33,242 nucleotides of DNA from Nitrosopumilus sp. Nsub (GTDB lineage: Archaea > Thermoproteota > Nitrososphaeria > Nitrososphaerales > Nitrosopumilaceae): NCBI RefSeq assembly GCF_001541925.1, contig NZ_LQMW01000022.1:1-33242 (forward strand), given 5' to 3'. This document shows, one piece after another, positions 1-7,033 of this stretch. The position numbers were made by a program, and so were the translations under genes. The notes below the pieces were generated by a model that was not told the origin of the DNA, did no database searches, and worked only from the letters and a program-made list of their open reading frames with translations. Position 1 is the first letter of the stretch, and each line of letters opens with the position of its first letter.

Positions 1-15
1 ATATGAGTGGGCAAT

Positions 16-449
16 CTAAATAAATAGATGGATGAGAAACATAGCGAGCGTGAAGGTGAGGGAGAGAAAGCTGACTAGTGCAGGTGCACCACTAAATCCA
101 ATCACCTCCTGTACAATAGCCTCTCCAGATACAGCTGCACTAGCAAACTGGAGTACTTGTGGAGGTAGGACATCAGCAGCGATATTTGGGTTATTGATCC
201 AGCGAGCAATCCGGTCACTTTCTTCACCACAGAACATTTCATCGTCGGGCGTGCGTGCCTCGAGAGTGATTTGAAGGTTCTCGGATGAAGTGAAGGACAC
301 GTCTAGCTCACAACGATTGGTCGTTTCATCTGAAATAAAACCAGACTCTACGAGTAGTGCGATGAAATCATCAATGGTTCGGAGTCTGGGGTTGAGTTTC
401 ACATACTCTCCGAGACCTCTGAAGTCAATAGCTACGAAAATTATTCCAC
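16..449 (-). CDS. Terminal coding exon of a eukaryote-type spliced gene fragment; ends in small residues (SGA) plus a hydrophobic tail, resembling a GPI-anchor/TM signal
   Basis: Part of ORF 16..459(-). It is preceded on the minus strand by a polypyrimidine tract plus AG (TATAATTTTTTTTGTGTCCAG, AG at 451-450). The reading frame continues in phase from exon 615..840. G+C is clearly higher than in the rest of the window. Confidence 0.55.
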
Positions 450-614
450 CTGGACACAAAAAAAATTATAGCGATAATCAATCAATCAGAACCAATTGTT
501 TTCTACTGCTGTACACTGAAGCAAAAAGGACAAACATAGTTACCATGGCAATGCTACAGTAAAGGTATGGGAGATGGTAGCAATGCAAGCAAATATAAAA
601 GTTTATGTACTCAC
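450..614 (-). other. Putative spliceosomal intron (165 nt, GT-AG)
   Basis: Donor TGTG|GTGAGTAC, with GT at 614-613. Acceptor ...TTTTTTTTGTGTCCAG| ends at 450. Splicing joins G(615)+GT(449-448) into a Gly codon and keeps the frame of both flanking ORFs. Confidence 0.55.
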
Positions 615-840
615 CACAAAGAGCACAGCATCCTTCCTCCGGTCTCACAAGGTGACGACAGTTGGAAATGTTATAAACACATCGTCTAGCTCGACTCACT
701 CTCTGACAGACACCCTCAGGGGTCTCTTGTGGGTCTTCATCATCTACATCACACTCTCCGTAGTAGTCCACACGAGCATTGCCAGATTGACTGCGGAGGA
801 CACAGATGTTCTCATATGTAACACCATCAGTTCCACACAC
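615..840 (-). CDS. Internal exon of a eukaryote-type gene: C-terminal half of a Kazal/follistatin-like motif followed by a Cys-rich stretch
   Basis: Translation is VCGTDGVTYENICVLRSQSGNARVDYYGEC...CQRVSRARRCVYNISNCRHLVRPEEGCCALCG. It is preceded by the acceptor CTCACTCCTACAG| ending at 841 and followed by the GTGAGT donor. The rest of ORF 478..840 is intron read-through. Confidence 0.6.
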
Positions 841-885
841 CTGTAGGAGTGAGTTTAGATCATACTGATTTTAATTTGGATTCAC

Positions 886-1428
886 CTAGGTACCTAATTT
901 AATTTTGCAAACCAGACTGTTTATCACAATCACCACTTGTCCAACACAAGCACCTTGTAAGGATGCTCTGTTTACTGAATATGTAATTTCTGTTGGAATA
1001 TCAGAACCAATGATTTTCATGATTTTTGCATCTATATTTTTAGATTCTCTTTCAATATCAACTTCCACTTCAAGTATTCCTGTTGAATCATCAACACCTA
1101 ATTTATGAAGAGCAAGTCCAATTTCTTGTAATCTATCCATAGCAAATTCCATTTTTTGCATATCTGCATCAGATATTTCTGCAATCGGTAGTTTGGGGAT
1201 AACTTCATCCAGTTGAGCAAAGAGAGAATCTATTTTTCTTTCATTTGCCATAATCAAAGGAATAGTTGAATCTTTTCCAACCATTTCTAATTGTTGATTA
1301 TCTACCTTTAGTTTGAGGATTTGAGTACCTATTTCATCTTGTAGTTCTGCTGCTGTTTTGTCTTCGGCAAATGTAGAGCTTATTCCACTAATAGAAATAA
1401 TCAATGCAGTAATTAACCCAGCAAACAA
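886..1428 (-). CDS. Hypothetical secreted/membrane-anchored protein
   Basis: 180-aa ORF with an N-terminal hydrophobic signal-like segment (ILFAGLITALIISISGISSTFA) resembling that of ORF 2139..3011. The track start is TTG. The true start may lie a few codons upstream (KKTQT precedes it in frame). Confidence 0.55.
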   Translation of the reverse strand: MFAGLITALIISISGISSTFAEDKTAAELQDEIGTQILKLKVDNQQLEMVGKDSTIPLIMANERKIDSLFAQLDEVIPKLPIAEISDADMQKMEFAMDRLQEIGLALHKLGVDDSTGILEVEVDIERESKNIDAKIMKIIGSDIPTEITYSVNRASLQGACVGQVVIVINSLVCKIKLGT

Positions 1429-1810
1429 GATTGTCTGTGTCTTTTTTGCCGTACTAGTAAAAATGAATGATTTTTGTTAAAAGGTAAAGTGTTGTACAAT
1501 TGACAATTAATTCAAAAAAACATTCCTCATGGAATCATTCCTTGATCAATGCTCTTTTTGACAAACAATTACGGTTAATCGTAATTTAGTAACTTTCTAG
1601 TTATTGGGGATTTGTATATCAGGATAAACCCCAAAACCAAAAACGGAATTCCAATCCAACCATGGTGTCACAAATTTTTGATAGTTTTTTATTCAAATAG
1701 TTTTTACGGGTATTTTTAAAAAATGATTTTCTTAAGAATAACACTATATCGATTACAGAAAAATAATATTAATAAAAATACGGAAAAATGTTAGAATCAG
1801 TAAATTTACA

Positions 1811-2128
1811 TTATTGTTTTTTGTTAGTTTTACGTTTCTCCACATATCTATTAATTAAAATTGCTACAGGTATCCAAAATAACAAATTGAAAATTACAAG
1901 AAAAATAGGATAAATTACATTATCAGAATCAATATTTTGGAAATCATAATTTTTATTGAAATCTATAATCATAAAATCAAAAAAAATATACATCACAGAT
2001 ACTATGGGATTAAGGTAAAACATCATTCCTGGAATTGGGTATGTGTTCCCTGTTAGCATAGGAAAAAAACTAATTAAAATTCCATAAAGAGGAAGTCCAA
2101 TTAATAGTGAAAAGATTGGTTTAATCAT
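1811..2128 (-). CDS. Small polytopic membrane protein (105 aa)
   Basis: ATG start, about 3 hydrophobic helices and a basic C-terminus. It lies 10 nt downstream of the secreted-protein gene 2139..3011, so is probably co-transcribed. Confidence 0.6.
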   Translation of the reverse strand: MIKPIFSLLIGLPLYGILISFFPMLTGNTYPIPGMMFYLNPIVSVMYIFFDFMIIDFNKNYDFQNIDSDNVIYPIFLVIFNLLFWIPVAILINRYVEKRKTNKKQ

Positions 2129-2138
2129 AAAAAAATAC

Positions 2139-3011
2139 CTAAGGTACTGAGACCGTAGATAGTGATGGGTTTGTATCCGATGTATTCATCATATGATTCC
2201 ATGTATTGCTAACATAGATGGTAGCGCCTGGAGAATAGGTTTTTGTTGCTGTTAAATGACAGCCAACAATGCTTCCAGCTAGACAATCGAAGTCATTTGA
2301 TGAACTATAAGTATCATCAAATATTATTTGATTATTGTTTTTAATATCAAAGGATTCAATATCCATAATTCTTTGATACCAGCTTATTCTTAAAGCATCA
2401 TAGAAAGCATCAAGATATGGATGGTCTTCATCAAAGAAATACAAAGTATATGTTCGTACACATGTTGAAGAATTATCACTATACACTACCCCAAATAAAT
2501 CGTTGTCGCCATTAAAAGAATATCCCCCATAGGAGCCTCCATTAATGTCAATTTGGACTTGTTTGTAATTTGGATGTGTTGTACTAGGACACGCAGCTTC
2601 GGCCATCTGGATACCAAATGCTTCTAGAAAATCAATGTTTAATGGTTTAACTGATTTATTTTCCTTCGCAATTTTTAATTTTTCATCTTTTACAGTTTCA
2701 CGAAAAATATAGTCAATTGCGCCTTGAATTTCATCCTCAGTTAATTCAGTCGTATTTGTTTCAATACGAATTTCTTCTATTGATTCTCTAAGTAATTTGT
2801 CATATTTGGCCTTTATTTGTGTGGATTTTTCATCATATGATTTTTTATCTTTCTTTGTATCTTTCAACCAAGTTTTTACATCATTTTTGAGATCTTGTTT
2901 TGTTTCTTTATCATAGCTCTTTGCATCTGCCATTTGCATTCCTGAAAATGGCAGAATCATTGCAACAATGAGTCCAGCAAACAATATCGTTTTGATGTTT
3001 TTTGTCGTCAT
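2139..3011 (-). CDS. Secreted protein: signal peptide, Lys-rich helical region and a conserved C-terminal DEDHP/WNH domain of unknown function
   Basis: 290-aa ORF with ATG start and signal-like N-terminus. The C-terminal ~150 aa are paralogous to ORF 3913..4389 (shared YTLxFxDEDHP, DIESF, Y[VI]SN[TV]WNH[AM]M). Confidence 0.75.
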   Translation of the reverse strand: MTTKNIKTILFAGLIVAMILPFSGMQMADAKSYDKETKQDLKNDVKTWLKDTKKDKKSYDEKSTQIKAKYDKLLRESIEEIRIETNTTELTEDEIQGAIDYIFRETVKDEKLKIAKENKSVKPLNIDFLEAFGIQMAEAACPSTTHPNYKQVQIDINGGSYGGYSFNGDNDLFGVVYSDNSSTCVRTYTLYFFDEDHPYLDAFYDALRISWYQRIMDIESFDIKNNNQIIFDDTYSSSNDFDCLAGSIVGCHLTATKTYSPGATIYVSNTWNHMMNTSDTNPSLSTVSVP

Positions 3012-3077
3012 TAAAATTTACATAAATTATGAGATTAATAAAAAATAGTTCAATCCAAATTGAACAAATCTTTATAT

Positions 3078-3538
3078 TCACATATTCACATGTCTCGCAT
3101 GAACTGCAAAGAAAGAACTCAATAGAATCGATATCGGTAATCCATTTTGTTCCACTGCAACATGTATTTTTGTGCCTGTTATCTTCTTGAATCCATCATA
3201 TCCTATTACGTTGCCCCTTTTTTGGCAGAAATTGATGATGAATCGATGGATACTTTCTGCAGTTGCAGTTTGCCGGACTGATGAGCTGATTTTATTATTC
3301 CAGATAGAATATTTTTCCAAATTTCTTTTTGCTGCCAGTTTTGCAGTCTGAGATGCACAGTGGATTTGCTACCATATCTTTTTGGCATTTCACTCCACCT
3401 GCATCCAGATATCAAAACATAGATGATTCCATTTATTGTTGTGCGGTCATCACATCTTGGTCTCCCAGTTCTATCTGGTTTTGGAAGGTGCTTGTGTATT
3501 CCTTCCCATTGTGAGTCTGTTATTTCTTGATATTTCAT
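3078..3538 (-). mobile_element. Truncated IS5-family (IS427/IS1031-like) transposase remnant with a -1 frameshift site; the DDE catalytic portion is missing
   Basis: ORF 3206..3538 has the typical N-terminal region (ITDSQWEGIHKHLP...GRPRCDDRTTINGIIYVLISGCRWSEMP...STVHLRLQNWQQKEIW). ORF 3078..3320 continues in the -1 frame (GYDGFKKITGTKIHVAVEQNGLPISILLS). The frames overlap at A AAA AAG (T6 at 3218-3223 on the plus strand). Homology stops near 3117, with no DDE motifs after it. Confidence 0.7.
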
Positions 3539-3640
3539 GGAATGGTATCAATTGAGATAATTCTTAGATCAAGATGATCGTAATTATTTTACAAAATGAT
3601 CGGTTTTAGGATGACTTGGTTAATTCAAAGTCATTCTAAA

Positions 3641-3925
3641 TTAGGATTTTAAATGATTGAATATCATGCTAGCTAACACAATTCCAAAAAGTAGTATGCT
3701 TGCAACATATGCAAATTTGTATTTTTTGTAAATTAGATATCCTAAAAAGATTCCAAATACTCCAATTACAAAATGTATTGTAATTGCTACTTCACCACTA
3801 AATTTTACACCATAAAACCAAGTTTCAGCATTAATTATAATTGGAATGATCCAAAGACCATAAAACAACCAATGTAAAACAGATATTGTTTTTCGAATAA
3901 AAGAAAAAAGAACTAGGTAGTCCAT
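3641..3925 (-). CDS. Small polytopic membrane protein (94 aa)
   Basis: ATG start and 3 hydrophobic helices. It overlaps the stop of the upstream paralog gene by 13 nt, the same gene order as 2139..3011 / 1811..2128. Confidence 0.6.
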   Translation of the reverse strand: MDYLVLFSFIRKTISVLHWLFYGLWIIPIIINAETWFYGVKFSGEVAITIHFVIGVFGIFLGYLIYKKYKFAYVASILLFGIVLASMIFNHLKS

Positions 3926-4329
3926 GTAGTCATAGACATTCCTGAATTTTCATTTGTTGTATCCATAGCATGATTCCATACATTACTGATATAGACTGGG
4001 GAGCCACTAGAATATGATCTTACCTTGTTTCCATGTTGACCATAGAATTCTGCAAAGGTCTTGTCATTATCCCAGATACCATTGAAGTTTATGCCTGCAC
4101 TTGTGACATAAAATGATTCAATATCGGTAGTTCTACCATATTGTACAGATCTCCAATTATCCCAAAAATCATCCCACCATTCATCTGGGTGGTCTTCATC
4201 ATCGAATGTTAGAGTATAGGTTACTTTAGTGGACGTATATGAAGTTGACAAGGAAGAAAAGTCGTTACCTCCATCAATATCATAATCATTGCTTGAACTA
4301 TCAGTTCCAGAACCACCCGTTCTATCCAC
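3913..4329 (-). CDS. 5'-truncated paralog of the DEDHP/WNH secreted-domain protein (possible pseudogene; no signal peptide)
   Basis: The track ORF starts at GTG 4329, but the frame is open and still homologous up to 4389 (AYASGNPYPITSWKQVTVD versus AEAACPSTTHPNYKQVQID). There a TAA (4392-4390) ends it. No N-terminal signal or helical region is present. Confidence 0.5.
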   Translation of the reverse strand: MDRTGGSGTDSSSNDYDIDGGNDFSSLSTSYTSTKVTYTLTFDDEDHPDEWWDDFWDNWRSVQYGRTTDIESFYVTSAGINFNGIWDNDKTFAEFYGQHGNKVRSYSSGSPVYISNVWNHAMDTTNENSGMSMTTWTT

Positions 4330-4574
4330 TGTTACTTGTTTCCAAGATGTGATAGGATATGGATTTCCAGATGCATATGCTGCCTGGTGTTATGTAACAA
4401 TAGCAGAAGATTATGGTACTACAACTGGTTTATCATGCAATAACAAATCAGGTCAAGGCGGATTAGTTACTACTGATGCTCTATATGGAACATCAAATAG
4501 CAACACATCTGAATTCCAAGGTGTTACAGGAATAATCCTCTAACCTTTTTTACTTTTTATGGGGACTACAAAAA

Positions 4575-4967
4575 ATGACTAATATGAAAAAAGCTGTGTT
4601 AATTTCAACACCATTAATCGCTGTCACAATAGTTTTAGGATCCGTTTGGATCTATGCAATAAATGAAACTAATGAATACGAGAGTAATTTAGATGACTTG
4701 ATTTTAGTAAAAAATTGTGTACCAAGCTTATTTGATGATTCACCAAAACCAGACATTCCAATACAAAATGATACCCACAAATTCAATCATGTTATTTGTG
4801 AATGGCAAAAGATAGAAAAATATCCAAACACCAACATTGATTGTATTCCTGGACAAAACAAATGGGTAACGGGAGAAGAGATTAGAAACACTACCCACAT
4901 CTACAACAAACACAAATGTTTATGGGAAGAAGAATTTAGTTGGACTGCAGAATATGGCAAACCCTAA
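4575..4967 (+). CDS. Membrane-anchored/secreted Cys-containing hypothetical protein
   Basis: 130-aa ORF with ATG start and an N-terminal TM/signal (AVLISTPLIAVTIVLGSVWIYA). It contains an internal duplicated motif (TH-x-[FY]N-x3-C-x-W). Confidence 0.65.
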   Translation: MTNMKKAVLISTPLIAVTIVLGSVWIYAINETNEYESNLDDLILVKNCVPSLFDDSPKPDIPIQNDTHKFNHVICEWQKIEKYPNTNIDCIPGQNKWVTGEEIRNTTHIYNKHKCLWEEEFSWTAEYGKP

Positions 4968-5048
4968 AAACTTTGGCAACCTCCAAATTATCATAATGGA
5001 CTAGTACTGTACTCTGATAATTTTTATTGCAACCCTACGGATGGCGGA

Positions 5049-5252
5049 ATGCCTGATCATTGCTATTCTCTTGAAAAGATAGTGTTTGGTGATAGCAACA
5101 AAAAGAGAGAAACAAGATGGAGATTATATCCCGGCGGATCGGGATGGACACTTCCAGAAGATTCTACACTTACATCTATCTACAAAGAAGCTGAATTTGG
5201 AATTCCACCACGTGATTTGCAAGCAATGCTTGATGATAATCTCTTAAACTGA
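5049..5252 (+). CDS. Small hypothetical ORF, possibly the downstream part of 4575..4967 interrupted by an in-frame TAA
   Basis: It is in the same frame as 4575..4967. The 27 codons between TAA(4965-4967) and ATG 5049 are stop-free. Confidence 0.4.
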   Translation: MPDHCYSLEKIVFGDSNKKRETRWRLYPGGSGWTLPEDSTLTSIYKEAEFGIPPRDLQAMLDDNLLN

Positions 5253-5254
5253 AA

Positions 5255-5533
5255 TTATTCTACAGATACACCATTCCAAAATGCCACCATTCCTTTAATT
5301 TTGGAGGCAGCATCATTTGGGGTTTCATAGTACCATGCACAGTCTTTGTTTGTCTTACCATTGATGGTAACTGAATAATAATTTGCCATTCCTTTCCAAC
5401 CACAAAAAGTAGTCAAGTCAGTTTTTGTGAAATATTCTTTTTTTATAGAATCAAACGGAAAGTAATGATTTCCTTCAACCACTACAGTGTCATCACTGTC
5501 TGCAATTACTATTCCATTCCATGTTGCTTGCAT
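5255..5533 (-). CDS. DUF427 domain protein
   Basis: MQATWNGIVIADSDDTVVVEGNHYFP...TFCGWKGMANYYSV...AWYYETP...VAFW matches the DUF427 pattern. ATG at 5533 is preferred over the TTG at 5566 used by the track. Confidence 0.75.
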   Translation of the reverse strand: MQATWNGIVIADSDDTVVVEGNHYFPFDSIKKEYFTKTDLTTFCGWKGMANYYSVTINGKTNKDCAWYYETPNDAASKIKGMVAFWNGVSVE

Positions 5534-5590
5534 GGAAGCATTACAAAATATACCATATTTAATCAAATCTAAAATTATAAGATTATTTGA

Positions 5591-7033
5591 TTAAATTTTT
5601 GCTTTGACTTGATCTCGTTTTGTAAAGTCTGGTTTTATTCCAAGAGAATCATAGTTTCCAGATGAACATGTAAAGCACATAGAGTCCTTTGGCATGCCAA
5701 CTGCATCAGCTAAATTCTCAGCATCATTATACCCCAAAAAGTCAACACCAATACTTTTTCTGACCATTTCAGTTATTTCTTCAGTAGTCATTTCTTTACC
5801 ATCAGTGTAAGTTGCAAGTTCCTCTTGAGATGGGAAATCAATTCCAGCATAACAAGGATAGTTAATTTGTGGGTATGTAATTAACATACTAATTTTTTTA
5901 GCTCCTGCTCTTCTGAGTGCTTTGATTATGGCTTTAGAACTTGTTCCCCTAACCAAACTATCATCAATTACTACAACATGTCTATCTCGAATAATTTCAC
6001 TAATTGGAATAATCCATCTGTTAATTTCTACTCTGTCACTTTGGTGAGGTTCAATGAAACTTCTCAAAGGACCTTTCTTGCTGTATCTGTCTTTGAGTAG
6101 GCCTTCATCAAAGGATACGCCTAGTTCTTGTGCGTAACCCAAGGCTGCAGGTCTTGCAGAATCAGGGACAGGAATTACCAAATCAGCATCTTTAATTGGG
6201 AATTTTTTTGCCATAAACTTTCCAATATTTTTTCTAGAGATGTAGATGTTACGTCCTTCCATCATACTAGATGGATGTGCAAAATAAGTAAATTCAAATG
6301 AACAATGTGCACGGGATTTATCATCAGAGAACTTTTCAGTCTCTAAACCATTTTTACTTAATTTAATTAATTCACCAGGAGTTACATCTCGTTGTAACGT
6401 TGCAGCAACTGCAGTTACAGCTGCAGATTCAGAAGTTACAATGTATGTATCATCAGACTCTTTATGTCCCAAAACCATTGGACGAAAACCTTTAGGATCT
6501 CTTGCAGCATAAACAGAATTATCATCAGAAATAAAAGTAAAACAATACGAACCAACCATTTCATTTTTTAAAATTGATAGTGCTTTTCCCATTTCACCGT
6601 TTTCAGAAATTAATGAAACCAATCTTTCTGCAGCGACCAAAGTATCACTTGCATTTTGAGGAGTAAAAGAACATCCTCCAACTAAATTGGATAGTTCTTG
6701 TGCATTTGCAATTGTTCCGTTATGTGCAACACAAAGATCTTTTACTTTCAATGGTTGTGCATTTGCCAAAGTACTTGTACCCATTGTAGAGTATCTTACA
6801 TGTCCAATTACACAAGGTGATGCATACTCTTGTGCAATTTTTTTAAATTCTGATGAGGAGTGCGAAACTAATCCAACTTTTTTGAATGGTGGTTTGTTAG
6901 GTACTGCAAACCCCCAAGCTTCTTGTCCTCTATGTTGTAAAGCACGTAATGCATCAAATACCATAGGTACAACATTCTTACCAGAAAGACTGTAAATTCC
7001 AACCACACCACAATTTTCTTTTACTTTAGGCAC
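5591..7033 (-). CDS. purF: Amidophosphoribosyltransferase
   Basis: 480 aa with the N-terminal nucleophile motif NCGVVGI, a Gln-amidotransferase class II domain and a PRTase motif (VVVIDDSLVRGTS). GTG start overlapping the purL stop. Confidence 0.95.
   Translation of the reverse strand: MPKVKENCGVVGIYSLSGKNVVPMVFDALRALQHRGQEAWGFAVPNKPPFKKVGLVSHSSSEFKKIAQEYASPCVIGHVRYSTMGTSTLANAQPLKVKDLCVAHNGTIANAQELSNLVGGCSFTPQNASDTLVAAERLVSLISENGEMGKALSILKNEMVGSYCFTFISDDNSVYAARDPKGFRPMVLGHKESDDTYIVTSESAAVTAVAATLQRDVTPGELIKLSKNGLETEKFSDDKSRAHCSFEFTYFAHPSSMMEGRNIYISRKNIGKFMAKKFPIKDADLVIPVPDSARPAALGYAQELGVSFDEGLLKDRYSKKGPLRSFIEPHQSDRVEINRWIIPISEIIRDRHVVVIDDSLVRGTSSKAIIKALRRAGAKKISMLITYPQINYPCYAGIDFPSQEELATYTDGKEMTTEEITEMVRKSIGVDFLGYNDAENLADAVGMPKDSMCFTCSSGNYDSLGIKPDFTKRDQVKAKI

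Noticed and set aside
1504-1519. Exact 16-mer CAATTAATTCAAAAAA shared between spacers at 1504-1519 and 15803-15818
   Set aside because: A rough expectation for this base composition is of the order of one chance 16-mer match per 33 kb on both strands, and there is no extended similarity around it.
4289-4543. 84-aa plus-strand ORF
   Set aside because: Its first third is antisense to the conserved DEDHP/WNH paralog. The remainder (4393-4543) has no start of its own and no motif. I treat it as sequence beyond a rearrangement breakpoint rather than a gene, though a gene fragment cannot be excluded.
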